In this document: positions 28,960 through 39,277 of the stretch, piece by piece
How positions within the stretch are numbered: position 1 is the stretch's first letter
Layout of the letters: each line of letters begins with the position of its first letter
Virus record (IMG/VR): IMGVR_UViG_3300032116_000106
Location: 19,682 to 83,681 of that record
From: a virus
Reading direction: 5' to 3' (one strand)
DNA length: 64,000 bases
The notes under the pieces: generated by a model
What the model saw: the letters and a program-made list of their open reading frames with translations, nothing else
What the model was told of the DNA's origin: nothing
Databases searched by the model: none
Translations under genes and position numbers: made by a program

Positions 28960-31900
28960 CGGAACTAAACCCGCTATCTTTCTTAATTTCTAAAAGAGTA
29001 TCCACCACATCTCTCATAGAATCAATATGTGAAATTACAATCACAAATTCAAATTGAGTTTTTAGATAAGCAAATGCCATAAATAGTGATTGTAAATTCT
29101 CACTATCTAATGTTCCAAATCCTTCATCAATAACTAAAAAGTTTGGTCGAGGAAGATTACAAATGTTAATTAAAGCAACTCTAATTGCTAATCCACTAAT
29201 AAACTTCTCCATACCACTACACATTTCCAACGGCCACTTTCTACTATCTCCATAATTGATATAAGCATTTACATTCTTACCATCCATTTGTAGATTCATA
29301 CTGAACTCTACTATTTGACCTAAGATGTTATTAATCTCACCTTCAATAGATGGGAGTGTTTTAGAAATCAACTCATAAGAAATACCATCTCTTTTCACCG
29401 CATCTAAATAGTATTCGTATAATTTGTTGGTTTCTTCTAATTCTTTTATCTTCGCGATGTTTTCTTCTATTGTAGTCTTTTCTTGCCTCGCTTTGGATAT
29501 GTTGGTATTTATATGAAGAATCGTATCACTTTTTCTTTTTAACTCCCTCTTAATACCATCAACAATTTCTTTAGTATCATTAATATTCTTTCGAAGTTGT
29601 TTATTAGTTTCGATTTGTTCTTTGTTCTTATGATACTCATCGATGTTTGAAGTAGCAACCTTTATACTATCTTCACAATCCCTTATATCTAATTTTGTTT
29701 TTGAGATCTGTTCTTTGATTCGACTAACTAATGTTTTGGAATCATTTATCTCTTTATGTTTTGTCTGATATGTTTTATATGCTTCTTCTATTCCATTTAG
29801 TATTTCCAAAGTTTGTCTAATACTCAACACATCAGATAATGCCTCGTCAACAATACTTTCTAATTGAGGTAAAGAAGTTTTTGCATTCATTGCATCTTTT
29901 ACAAATGCATTATCACAACAAAACTCACAATTCGGGTCGTATTTATGATTATCTAAATGTTTGATTTTTTCTATTGCACCATCTAAATAAATCTTAGCAC
30001 TCGAATGAACTTTTTCAGCTTTAACTAAATCATCTTTTTTTGTTGCATAATCAGAGTATGCATATTCTATATCAACACTACTATCTCCTATTGTAAAATT
30101 AGATAATACTTTTTCTTGCTCAACTAATTGTAATACTATCTCTTCTGCCTGAATAAGTTGGGTATCCATTTTTTCTAACTTATCAATATGAGATTCTAAT
30201 GAAGATGTTAGTGAATTTAATTTATTTGTTTCAACATCTAAATCTAATGTGATTGTAGTTTGGATAATCTGTGATTCTAAATTTGATAAAGTTTTTTCTA
30301 CTTCAGTTTTATCTAATTCCAAATCTTCTTTTTCAGATTGAAGTAAATCAAATTGAGATTGACCATCATTAATAATCGTTTCTAATTCCGCCAATCTTTG
30401 TGAGAAGTCATCTTTCTTAAAATTCTTTAATAGGATAGCCGCTTCTTTATTATCTTCATTTACTACATCGAATAATTTATCAAATACATTTACACCGATG
30501 TATTGTGCTAAAATATCTTTTCTTTCCGATTGTGATTTATCTATGAACAATGCGTTATTACCTTGTAACGAAAGTGATGTCATTACAAAATCTTCATAAG
30601 TTCCTAAATACTTTCGGATTATATCGTTTGTATCTCTTCTTTCTTCACCATTCAAAGATTCCTCAATTCCATCTACAATTCTATAAAAGTTTACATTCAC
30701 TTTTACATTCCCACCTTTTGTAGTATGAGCTTCTCTTTCAATGTAATAATCTACGCCATCAATTTCAAAATTAAACTTACAATTGAATGTATCTTTTTGA
30801 TTATTCATAATATGGGTAGCCTTAAATGCTCTACTACACTTATCAAAAATACAAAATGAGAGTGAATCGAAAAGAGATGATTTACCTTGTGTGTTTGGTG
30901 CAAATAATCCTATTATACCCCTTGCATTTTCAAAGTTTATTTTGTTCCCTTCACCATATGAAAACATATTACTGAATTCAAATGTTTTAGGAATCCATAG
31001 TATATTATCAGTTTCTTCGTGAGTAATTTTTAGATTTACATTATTATTTATCTCAACAATTTTATCTAATGTTTTATCATCTAATAAAAACTGCCTTTCC
31101 AAATACTCTCTAATCAATCCATTCTGAACATTCGGGTCTTTAACATTACCCGCTAAGTTTCTAGCGTTTCGGTTTTTTGATTTTAATGAATTAAGAGTAT
31201 CTTGTTTGGTAATTGTAATTTCATTTACCTTAAACATTTGTTGTAATTCAGCTGATACTAATTTTATATCACTAACTTCGGTATCAGAAAAACGAACTCT
31301 TAAACGCGGTTGTTTAGGTAATTTAGTTCCAATCTCGTTTCTTACCCATTGAGGAATCACACCGTTTATAACATCAATCGTTAGGTAACCATAATCATTG
31401 TGAATGTTAAATTCTTCAAATGTTTCAGTATCGACATTCCAAAGAAGGTATCCATGATTCTCTAAATACTCTCCATGATTTTGTTGAACTACGGATCCGG
31501 CGTAAACTACTATTGGTTTACCATTTGCTCTATCTCTTTGTTGAACAACTTGTCTTTTGTGTATATCCCCCATCAATACCATATCAAACCCATCAAACAT
31601 ATCAGGTGTGAAATTGTGAGAAGATACAACATAACCAATATCGGTTTTTGCCGCATCAACGGGCCCGTGGAAGAAACAAATTTTCTTATTACCATTTACA
31701 TCAACTCCTTTCGGCCAATTTTCTTTCTTATCCAAAATCGAATAAACAGTAAAAGTTATATCATCGGTGATTTGATATACACCAGTATCTCTTAAATAAA
31801 CTAAATTTGGGAGTGAAAGATTATCACATATAGGAGTTAGAACATCTAAACGGTCTTTATTGTTTAGATTACAATCATGATTTCCCGTAATAACAAATGT

Positions 31901-32143
31901 AGGTCTTCTCTTAGCACATTCAGTAAAGAACCAAGTGATTTCCCTTACTAATTCAGGAGACATTTCAGTTTTAGCGTGGGCTATATCACCTGCTAAATAG
32001 ATTATAGAATCCTCTAAATTTTGGGAATCCACATCAGCTAAAAACTTATTTAATACCTCTCTATACTCTTTATGCCTTTTTAGATTACGAATATGTAAAT
32101 CGGCCAAATGATAGATGTATTTAATGTTATCTAATTTAATCAT
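28949..32143 (-). CDS. Fused Mre11/SbcD phosphoesterase + Rad50/SbcC ATPase (T4 gp47-gp46-like)
   Basis: DLH, GD, GNHD, HG, GDIH; Walker A PNTQGKSS; Q-loop SLQG; zinc hook CEFC; signature CSGME; Walker B/D-loop IDEGFGTLD; ISH. Confidence 0.93.
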   Translation of the reverse strand: MIKLDNIKYIYHLADLHIRNLKRHKEYREVLNKFLADVDSQNLEDSIIYLAGDIAHAKTEMSPELVREITWFFTECAKRRPTFVITGNHDCNLNNKDRLDVLTPICDNLSLPNLVYLRDTGVYQITDDITFTVYSILDKKENWPKGVDVNGNKKICFFHGPVDAAKTDIGYVVSSHNFTPDMFDGFDMVLMGDIHKRQVVQQRDRANGKPIVVYAGSVVQQNHGEYLENHGYLLWNVDTETFEEFNIHNDYGYLTIDVINGVIPQWVRNEIGTKLPKQPRLRVRFSDTEVSDIKLVSAELQQMFKVNEITITKQDTLNSLKSKNRNARNLAGNVKDPNVQNGLIREYLERQFLLDDKTLDKIVEINNNVNLKITHEETDNILWIPKTFEFSNMFSYGEGNKINFENARGIIGLFAPNTQGKSSLFDSLSFCIFDKCSRAFKATHIMNNQKDTFNCKFNFEIDGVDYYIEREAHTTKGGNVKVNVNFYRIVDGIEESLNGEERRDTNDIIRKYLGTYEDFVMTSLSLQGNNALFIDKSQSERKDILAQYIGVNVFDKLFDVVNEDNKEAAILLKNFKKDDFSQRLAELETIINDGQSQFDLLQSEKEDLELDKTEVEKTLSNLESQIIQTTITLDLDVETNKLNSLTSSLESHIDKLEKMDTQLIQAEEIVLQLVEQEKVLSNFTIGDSSVDIEYAYSDYATKKDDLVKAEKVHSSAKIYLDGAIEKIKHLDNHKYDPNCEFCCDNAFVKDAMNAKTSLPQLESIVDEALSDVLSIRQTLEILNGIEEAYKTYQTKHKEINDSKTLVSRIKEQISKTKLDIRDCEDSIKVATSNIDEYHKNKEQIETNKQLRKNINDTKEIVDGIKRELKRKSDTILHINTNISKARQEKTTIEENIAKIKELEETNKLYEYYLDAVKRDGISYELISKTLPSIEGEINNILGQIVEFSMNLQMDGKNVNAYINYGDSRKWPLEMCSGMEKFISGLAIRVALINICNLPRPNFLVIDEGFGTLDSENLQSLFMAFAYLKTQFEFVIVISHIDSMRDVVDTLLEIKKDSGFSSVKF

Positions 32144-32159
32144 AGTATATTTCTTGTTG

Positions 32160-32167
32160 CAAAGATA
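32160..32167 (-). promoter_or_regulatory. Bacteroidota sigma-A -7 element TATCTTTG
   Basis: Matches TAnnTTTG in the short gap 16 nt upstream of ATG 32143; no clear -33 element. Confidence 0.6.
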
Positions 32168-32182
32168 CGAAAAATAAATGAA

Positions 32183-33265
32183 TTATTTAGGTTCTGATAG
32201 AATTAAATACTCTTTATTATTTTCGGAATAGTTTATTTTGTATTTTGAATTTATGGTAGAATTAGCCTGAGAATTTTCTTTATGGTCAAATTCAAATATA
32301 TCAATTATGTTATGTTTATTTTTTATCAAATCTACTAAATCAGGTATTGAAATTTTACTACGATTTGAGTATGATATAAGCGTATATTTGGAATCAAAGT
32401 CTAATAATCTATTAAATGATTCAATAACCACATCATCTTTTAAATGCTCAAAATCTGAAATTGCTCCCTCTTTTTTATCAGATGAAACATCTTCTCTTCT
32501 ATTAGATACGCCAAATAGATTAGGCTTATCATTCTTTACTACGGTAGTCCATAGGTGATAATATGAAAAATATCTTACTCTCGTAGTTTTAGTTTGTTGA
32601 TTAGCAGTCCCATATGGAGGATCAAAATAAACTAAATCAAAAGAATCGTTTATATCAAAAACATTTTTATTATATACTTTATGATTTAAATCATCAACTT
32701 TCCAATATGGAAGTTCCAAGTGTAGAGGCCTAAGAGATGAACTCGTCCAATCTTTTAAATAAGAAACCTGATGGCCCATATCATTACACTTCGAATCTAA
32801 TGCAATTAGAAGTGAAGTTAGTAATACTGATTTATCTATACAATCGGTTGGATATAATTTATCAATTTCCTCTCTTATAGAATCTAATTTACGAGTAACA
32901 TCAATATAAAAAGGTCTTTTAGTTCCATCGGGTTGAATAGTACTTCCATTGTTAAATTCACCACCATAGTTATCAGTAAACCAGCCATCAGTTGGATTAA
33001 GAGAATTTAAATGCTGAATTATTTCATTTAATTCCCTTTTATTATTACCTGCTAATAAAAATGTTTCAGATAATACTTTCGAATATGGTGCTAAATCATT
33101 CGAAGTTGTTTGGAATCCAATAGATTTAAAATAATTGGATACGGTACCGGAGCCAGAAAACCCATCTAATGCTGTTTTTACATTTAGATGATTTATTATT
33201 TGTGTAATTTTTGGTAGTATTTTAGATTTACCACCACTATATCTTATTGTTTTAAATGAATTCAT
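32183..33265 (-). CDS. DNA N6-adenine methyltransferase (D12/Dam-FokI-like, alpha order)
   Basis: RYSGGK, DGFSGSGTVS, ND, YFDPPY, ISYS. Confidence 0.9.
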   Translation of the reverse strand: MNSFKTIRYSGGKSKILPKITQIINHLNVKTALDGFSGSGTVSNYFKSIGFQTTSNDLAPYSKVLSETFLLAGNNKRELNEIIQHLNSLNPTDGWFTDNYGGEFNNGSTIQPDGTKRPFYIDVTRKLDSIREEIDKLYPTDCIDKSVLLTSLLIALDSKCNDMGHQVSYLKDWTSSSLRPLHLELPYWKVDDLNHKVYNKNVFDINDSFDLVYFDPPYGTANQQTKTTRVRYFSYYHLWTTVVKNDKPNLFGVSNRREDVSSDKKEGAISDFEHLKDDVVIESFNRLLDFDSKYTLISYSNRSKISIPDLVDLIKNKHNIIDIFEFDHKENSQANSTINSKYKINYSENNKEYLILSEPK

Positions 33266-33268
33266 GTT

Positions 33269-34129
33269 TTAATTAGGCTGTGTGAATAAGTTTTTAAATT
33301 GAGACCACCATGCATTAGAATCTCCATTATAAACATAACTTCCTTCTAAAACCGAATCAAAAACCATTAAGCCTGAAAATGAGTTTTTTCCCTGTTTGTT
33401 ATAAACCCAAACACCTCTTTGAAAAGGATTTGCAGTTTTTCCTCCATATTTAAAGTCAATAATCTTATTTCCATTAGAATCATTTAGGAAGAATCGGGTG
33501 TGTTTTTTTAATTGTTCAAATGTTATTGATTTTACAACATTTTTTAATTTACCTAAATCTAAATTAGTCAATCTATATTTACCATTTTCAAATGTATTCA
33601 ATCCTAATATAAGTTGGAATTCATTTGTTTTATCTGATAATTTGTTCAAAAAATTTTCTAAATCAAACTTACCATTTATTACATCCTCTTTATTATCATC
33701 TAGAATTTGTCTAGGTTCATGTGAAGTTGTCAATTGAATATATAGTTCTTTATAAGTTTTAGCGCTAAGGCCAATTACAAAACCCCATTTGGAATTAAGT
33801 AATTTATGTAATAAATCTAATCTTTTAGAGTGATCAGATTCTTGCTTTTCAACTTCTAATTTTATTTTAATGAACTCACTAAAATTATTAACTATATCAG
33901 AATTTGGTGATACTATTACATCATGCACGCACCAATCACTATTTGTTAAATTAAGTTTTAACGAAAACCATCCATTTACATTATCATTAATATGCCATTC
34001 GAGGATGTTTTCAAACATTTTACCCGCTCCTACTCCATTTCCATTTAATTCCTTAAACATCATAAAGGTTGAAACCGAATAATCAAAATTTGATTTACCC
34101 AATTCAAGTAAAAAATTTTCTTTTGTCAT
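33269..34129 (-). CDS. Hypothetical protein, possibly the cognate restriction endonuclease
   Basis: 3 nt from the MTase gene. GKMFE...HDVIV...GLSAKT loosely fits E...(P)D...SxK. Confidence 0.4.
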   Translation of the reverse strand: MTKENFLLELGKSNFDYSVSTFMMFKELNGNGVGAGKMFENILEWHINDNVNGWFSLKLNLTNSDWCVHDVIVSPNSDIVNNFSEFIKIKLEVEKQESDHSKRLDLLHKLLNSKWGFVIGLSAKTYKELYIQLTTSHEPRQILDDNKEDVINGKFDLENFLNKLSDKTNEFQLILGLNTFENGKYRLTNLDLGKLKNVVKSITFEQLKKHTRFFLNDSNGNKIIDFKYGGKTANPFQRGVWVYNKQGKNSFSGLMVFDSVLEGSYVYNGDSNAWWSQFKNLFTQPN

Positions 34130-34182
34130 TTCAGTAATTTTAGAGTTTTTTATCCTTTGAGATTATACTACAACTCATACCA

Positions 34183-34214
34183 CTAAATTACGAAAAAAAT
34201 GGGATATATCCAAA
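34183..34214 (-). promoter_or_regulatory. Bacteroidota sigma-A-type promoter
   Basis: TTTG (34214-34211), 20-nt spacer, TAATTTAG (34190-34183; one mismatch). Confidence 0.6.
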
Positions 34215-34394
34215 TTATTTATTGGAATTCTTTGATTCAGAATACTCTTTTAATTTTACTTCTAAATAATCAATTGATTCAGATGGGCCTTCGTATCCCA
34301 TATATTTTGCGTATATTCTAATCTTATCGGGATCTCTCTCTAATTCTTTTTTCAAATCTTCTAATTTTGAAAGATGTGCTGTTATATATGTCAT
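34215..34394 (-). CDS. 59-aa hypothetical protein, missing from the ORF track
   Basis: MTYITAHLSKLEDLKKELERDPDKIRIYAKYMGYEGPSES...; ATGA overlap with the cupin stop codon. Confidence 0.7.
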   Translation of the reverse strand: MTYITAHLSKLEDLKKELERDPDKIRIYAKYMGYEGPSESIDYLEVKLKEYSESKNSNK

Positions 34395-34762
34395 ATTAAA
34401 TCGTTTGGCGCATTTCGGTAAATTCGGTAACTATCATCATCAAAGTGTTGAGTTGATACTTCAAATACTATTGATTCTGGTTCTAAAGCAATTAATTGAT
34501 GTGGTTTACCCCTATCTATATAAACACATTCTCCAACATTTAGAATTTCTTTGTGTAATTTAGCCTCATCAGTATCTATCCAATGAAACTCAAATGCTCC
34601 CTTTTGAACATACCAAGTTTCATTTTTAATCATATGATAGTGCATTGAAAATCTATTACCTTCATTTGGGAAAACTAATAATTTTCCGCAGTATTGGGAA
34701 TCGTTATGTATCCATAATTCATATCCCCAATTTTTATCTATTTTAATTGGTTTAAAGGCCAC
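34391..34762 (-). CDS. Cupin protein (mannose-6-phosphate isomerase type II C-terminal-like)
   Basis: KNWGYELWI, SMHYHMIKNETW, PHQL, EVST...DSYR. Confidence 0.8.
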   Translation of the reverse strand: MAFKPIKIDKNWGYELWIHNDSQYCGKLLVFPNEGNRFSMHYHMIKNETWYVQKGAFEFHWIDTDEAKLHKEILNVGECVYIDRGKPHQLIALEPESIVFEVSTQHFDDDSYRIYRNAPNDLI

Positions 34763-34997
34763 TTCTTTTTATTTTAATTGTTATACCGGCTTTACCCGCT
34801 GAAACATCATAAGTATTTCTTCTATTATCGGTAATAAATCCATAATCTTTAAATCTAAATATAATTACCAATTTTCCTTCGAATACGGCCCAAATTGCAT
34901 TATCCGCATAATCGATAGATGGCTGAGAAATAAAACCCATTTTCCAACTATTTCTAAACTCTTCTTCTAATTCGTCAGGTGTTATATGAATTAACAT
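34752..34997 (-). CDS. Hypothetical protein
   Basis: Tiles between thyA and the cupin gene. Confidence 0.65.
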   Translation of the reverse strand: MLIHITPDELEEEFRNSWKMGFISQPSIDYADNAIWAVFEGKLVIIFRFKDYGFITDNRRNTYDVSAGKAGITIKIKRSGL

Positions 34998-34998
34998 T

Positions 34999-35976
34999 CT
35001 AATTACTTAATGGTGCTTTAATTATAGGGTGGGATTCGTAATTTTCTATTACGAAATCTTCTACTTTGTACATAGGTAAACAATCACCTTCCGCTCGTTT
35101 AACATGCTCTGCTATTTTTAATGTTGGTAATCCAAATGGAGTTCTATGTAGTTGCTCTTTTGCTTGCTCAATGTGATTTAAGTATAAATGGGTATCCCCT
35201 AAGTTACCAATCAATTCATCGGGTATCATATTCACTTCTTTTGCAATAATCTCCAATAATAACCCATAAGATGCAATGTTGAATGGTAATCCTAAAAATG
35301 TATCTACACTTCTTTGATTCCACATTAATGAAAGATATCGCTTACCATCTTTCTCTCTTGTCCAACATTGAAATCCATAATGACAAGGTGGCAAAACCAT
35401 TGCATCTAATGCACCCACATTCCAAGCAGATACCATCAACCGTCTACTATCAGGATTTGTTTTGAGTTCGTTGATTAGATTTTGGATTTGGTCTATGTGT
35501 TCGGATTGTAAATAGAAACCTTCAGTACCGTCAGTATTACCTTCTACCCACGTGTCACCTTTCCATTGTCTCCATTGTTTACCATAGATTGGGCCTAACT
35601 CACCCCACTTCTTAGCAAACTCTTCATCGGTTTTGATTTGTTTAATAAACTCTTCTTTAGTTAATTGATACTTGAGGTCAAGTGAAGTTTTCCAAGCGTA
35701 GTTCTTATATGCATCACCATCCCAAATGTGGCAATCGTAATCCAAAAGGAATTTGATGTTAGTATCTCCTCTTAAAAACCATAGGAGTTCTGTCACCATA
35801 ACCTTCCATGCCATTTTCTTTGTAGTTAATAATGGAAACCCTTCACTCATTTTGTGGCGAATCTGCCTACCAAAAACTGAAAGTGTTCCAGTTCCGGTTC
35901 TATCAGTTTTAATTGTTCCATTAAGAGCCCCTATATCAGTAAGGAGTTGTTGGTATTGTTTATCTAAATTATTCAT
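34999..35976 (-). CDS. thyA: Thymidylate synthase
   Basis: DRTGTGT, FPLLTTKK, ELLWFLRG, LPPCH, QRSVDTFLGLPFNIASY. Confidence 0.97.
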   Translation of the reverse strand: MNNLDKQYQQLLTDIGALNGTIKTDRTGTGTLSVFGRQIRHKMSEGFPLLTTKKMAWKVMVTELLWFLRGDTNIKFLLDYDCHIWDGDAYKNYAWKTSLDLKYQLTKEEFIKQIKTDEEFAKKWGELGPIYGKQWRQWKGDTWVEGNTDGTEGFYLQSEHIDQIQNLINELKTNPDSRRLMVSAWNVGALDAMVLPPCHYGFQCWTREKDGKRYLSLMWNQRSVDTFLGLPFNIASYGLLLEIIAKEVNMIPDELIGNLGDTHLYLNHIEQAKEQLHRTPFGLPTLKIAEHVKRAEGDCLPMYKVEDFVIENYESHPIIKAPLSN

Positions 35977-36349
35977 ATGATTTTAGTCTTTTATGATTTT
36001 CTCTTTCAATTTCATGCGAATAATTTTCTTTATGCCCAATAATTCTATGAAAATCTTTGTATGCTTTTGGGTGGTAATCTTTTAAATAAGAAATACCAAA
36101 TTCATATTCAAATAAAACACTTTCATATCGGTGTTCTTTATTATCAAATCCATCTTCTATTGAAAATATTTCCATTTGTAAAGAATCAATTACATTTTGT
36201 AACGAATCTCTTTTTTGTAATGATGTTAGATAACTTTCCTCTGCTTTTGTTATGTTTACTTTAGTATGATTCATACTCATCCCAATCGCAATGATTCCTA
36301 TAATCAATATTGTAAATAATCCAATTTTGTATGTTGTGTTCGAATCCAT
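35969..36349 (-). CDS. Hypothetical membrane-anchored protein
   Basis: N-terminal hydrophobic helix followed by a coiled coil. Confidence 0.65.
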   Translation of the reverse strand: MDSNTTYKIGLFTILIIGIIAIGMSMNHTKVNITKAEESYLTSLQKRDSLQNVIDSLQMEIFSIEDGFDNKEHRYESVLFEYEFGISYLKDYHPKAYKDFHRIIGHKENYSHEIERENHKRLKSYE

Positions 36350-36350
36350 A

Positions 36351-37277
36351 TTATAATGATAATTTTAGTTTTATTAAATCTTCAAAAGATGAAGTTGTAT
36401 TGGTTTCAATTTGTTTTGTTACTTCGATAAACCCCATTTCCGAAGGGTCTTTACCATTTAAGGTTATTATCTTACAATCAATTCCATTATTAGTAAGGTA
36501 TTGATAATGCCTCACAGCATCTCCCATTGCATCGGTATCTAATACGATATTAACTGATGGTTTCTTTGTAAGTATTTTATCACTTAATAGTTTTGGGAGT
36601 GTTTTACCAAAAATAGGCACTGCATTTCTTTTAATTGCAATTGCATCAAATGCCCCTTCACAAAGTGTTATAGGCATATCCCAATTTATAGTTGAATCAA
36701 ATCCAATTATATTTTTTGATACAGGAGGATTTTTATATTTCATATTTTCATTTGGGTAAATACTTCTTGCGATAAAGAAATTTAATCTGCTATCTGAATC
36801 ATAAGATGGTATAATAACCCTACCTTTGTATAACCCACTATCACAATAACCTATTCGATGTTTAAGAATGTCATTATCACTTATTCCCCTCTTCTTTAAA
36901 TAATTATAAGCTACTTTATATTCTATAATATGCTGATTATCTAAAATAGTTTTGTATTCGGAAGGTAATTTAAGTTCAATTTGTTCTTCATCTTTTATAT
37001 CTCCTCCAATGTTGGCTTCGTTGTAAATAGTATTAACTTTTACTATTACCTCTCTATCAACTTGTAATTTACGAAGAAGTGTATATACCTTCTTACCCTT
37101 TGAATCGCATACCCAACATCTCCACTTTTGTGATTCTAAATTAACTTGCAATTTAGGTTTATGATGTGAACAAAAAGGGCAATAGTATTGGATTTCATCT
37201 TTACCCAAATTTCTACCGCCGCCTAAAACCTCATCGATTTTAGTTTTAACATATTGCTTATCTATTTCAGAAATCAT
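36351..37277 (-). CDS. DNA primase (zinc finger + TOPRIM)
   Basis: CPFC...CWVC, GRVIIP, KYKNP, CEGAFD, LDTD, KDPSE. Confidence 0.9.
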   Translation of the reverse strand: MISEIDKQYVKTKIDEVLGGGRNLGKDEIQYYCPFCSHHKPKLQVNLESQKWRCWVCDSKGKKVYTLLRKLQVDREVIVKVNTIYNEANIGGDIKDEEQIELKLPSEYKTILDNQHIIEYKVAYNYLKKRGISDNDILKHRIGYCDSGLYKGRVIIPSYDSDSRLNFFIARSIYPNENMKYKNPPVSKNIIGFDSTINWDMPITLCEGAFDAIAIKRNAVPIFGKTLPKLLSDKILTKKPSVNIVLDTDAMGDAVRHYQYLTNNGIDCKIITLNGKDPSEMGFIEVTKQIETNTTSSFEDLIKLKLSL

Positions 37278-37980
37278 AACGCTCTAATAAAAATTTTAGA
37301 TACCAATTATTTCCTTCATCATTTAAATGCTTATCTACTCTAGAAACAAAGTAATTGGTCTTATCGGTTTTCCTTAAATAAGTTTCAATCGAATTGTATT
37401 CCCCAAACTTAATATGTTCTGAATTTAATTCCGAATCGTTTTTAAAGTGAGTATCATAATCGTTGGTAAAAAACAAATACTCAAAATTAATCCCTACACT
37501 TCTACATAAATTGGATAGAATTTTTAATTCTAAAAGTAAATCTTTTAGTATTCTATAATAATTTAAATGATATACAAATGAGCAATACGGTGAAAATAAA
37601 TTTTTAATAAGAGGATCTTTACTCCACCCTAAATATGGATACAAAGTATTATACATCTTATCCTCAAAAATAGAATTATCCCTAATCAAATTATTTTTTT
37701 CTAAATACTCTAAATTTTCAGGTGATGAGATTGAACTTTGAAATGTATCATTGTAGAGAACCATTAGCCTTTCGGGAACAGTTAGTTGAACCAAAATATT
37801 ACACCCAAATTTGTTTTCTTCAATTAATTTATTTACCTTTAACTTTACCAATTTAAGTATATGCTCATTCGATAAAGATGAATGTGAATTATTCTCTAAC
37901 TGCAAATGCAGGGAATTTTCAAGTATAAGTTTATCATTTAGCAGAGAAAATGAATCACCAAATAGGTATAATTTTTTCAT
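37267..37980 (-). CDS. SGNH/GDSL-like protein (start reassigned to ATG 37980)
   Basis: LYLFGDSFS...SN...DKHLN. The track's TTG start lies inside a promoter element. Confidence 0.6.
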   Translation of the reverse strand: MKKLYLFGDSFSLLNDKLILENSLHLQLENNSHSSLSNEHILKLVKLKVNKLIEENKFGCNILVQLTVPERLMVLYNDTFQSSISSPENLEYLEKNNLIRDNSIFEDKMYNTLYPYLGWSKDPLIKNLFSPYCSFVYHLNYYRILKDLLLELKILSNLCRSVGINFEYLFFTNDYDTHFKNDSELNSEHIKFGEYNSIETYLRKTDKTNYFVSRVDKHLNDEGNNWYLKFLLERYDF

Positions 37981-37983
37981 ACC

Positions 37984-38015
37984 CAAATGTATGAAATTAT
38001 TTTATCAATTCCAAA
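37984..38015 (-). promoter_or_regulatory. Bacteroidota sigma-A-type promoter, probably giving a leaderless transcript
   Basis: TTTG (38015-38012), 20-nt spacer, TACATTTG (37991-37984), 3 nt before ATG. Confidence 0.65.
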
Positions 38016-38818
38016 TATTTTTTATACAATGTATTGGCTAACCACTTATGGGAAGCGGAGCAAGGGTGGTCATCATTTACCCCTATATTTTGCCTTAAAG
38101 TAAGATAACAATCCTTATTCATCGAATCCCAACTTCGGTATTCATTTCCATTGAAATTTATAGGTAAATAATATGGACTTTCTTTAATAGTATCATAAAT
38201 TAAGTGGTGAGAATAAAAATCTTCCAGCCCCATAAAAAATACACACTTACATCCCATTTCTTCCAACTCCTTAAATTTTTCTATTAGTTTATTGTAAATA
38301 ATAAAAAATACTTCGGCTATTGTTTCGTTTAGTGAACTTCTTCTTAAAGGGTCATCTAATAAGTTTATATTTTCTATTATTTTTTTCTTTAAATCTACAC
38401 CTAACCATCTTACTCCTTCATCATGCCCACCAAATGAATTACTATTAGTAAATTCAACTATATCTCTTATTACATTTGTAAATTGAAAAACACAATATTT
38501 TGGAACATAATTTTTTTCAACCTTAAGGTATTCCATCAAAATTCCTAACCTCTCAATGTTTCTATAATTGTTTCCCCCATTTTCGTTTTTAGTCATTAAG
38601 CTAAAATTCAAAAAATTTTTAAGGATACCAGACCATCTATATTTTTCTCTATACGCTACTAACTCATCCAATGAAATCATTATTAAGGATGAGGGATAAT
38701 ATGTAACTTTATTTTTATATAATTCAAAAGATGTTGGGTATTTTTCTTGCCAATGATGAAATTCTAACCCCTCCCCATAAGTAAATGAACAACCAAACGT
38801 TAATAATAAATTTGTCAT
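37997..38818 (-). CDS. SGNH/GDSL-like protein
   Basis: FGCSFTYGEG...GGNN...DDHP...H..LA. Confidence 0.65.
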   Translation of the reverse strand: MTNLLLTFGCSFTYGEGLEFHHWQEKYPTSFELYKNKVTYYPSSLIMISLDELVAYREKYRWSGILKNFLNFSLMTKNENGGNNYRNIERLGILMEYLKVEKNYVPKYCVFQFTNVIRDIVEFTNSNSFGGHDEGVRWLGVDLKKKIIENINLLDDPLRRSSLNETIAEVFFIIYNKLIEKFKELEEMGCKCVFFMGLEDFYSHHLIYDTIKESPYYLPINFNGNEYRSWDSMNKDCYLTLRQNIGVNDDHPCSASHKWLANTLYKKYLELIK

Positions 38819-39258
38819 ATATGAGGAATGTCTTTTCTAAAAAATTTTCCCAATATGTTATCATTATAAAAAACATTTGGGTTTTCTAATACTTCTAATG
38901 AAAATAGATACTTTGTTTCCAAGTATGTTAGGTGTTTTGGGGAAAAGGCAAATTGAATAATAGTTCTCTTAAATTCACTACTCTTACCTTCCTTAATAAG
39001 TTGTTTGATTTCGGAATGTGAACCATAGTAGGATTTCCAATCACTTTCTTTTTGAACTTTCTTTTTCTTACTAGCTCTTTTATCGGTTAATTCCGCTAAT
39101 TCCTTTTTACCCAAAGCCTTAGTGGTCACCGAAATAAGTTGTTTTCTTCCTATATATTTTTTGCCAGTTGGAATATGATATACTTCATAAACAAACCCAA
39201 AAGCATCTTCCGGTATCTGATTAATATCGGAAATTAATTCGTTTTTATACTCCCACAT
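38815..39258 (-). CDS. GIY-YIG-like nuclease domain protein
   Basis: GFVYEVYHIPTGKKYIGRK...YYGS...E...YN. Confidence 0.75.
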   Translation of the reverse strand: MWEYKNELISDINQIPEDAFGFVYEVYHIPTGKKYIGRKQLISVTTKALGKKELAELTDKRASKKKKVQKESDWKSYYGSHSEIKQLIKEGKSSEFKRTIIQFAFSPKHLTYLETKYLFSLEVLENPNVFYNDNILGKFFRKDIPHI

Positions 39259-39277
39259 CTGTAACCTTTATTTTAAT

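Noticed and set aside
34999-39258. Intron or intein in thyA, or a mobile homing endonuclease
   Set aside because: thyA is uninterrupted. The GIY-YIG-like ORF is short, free-standing and lacks a DNA-binding extension.
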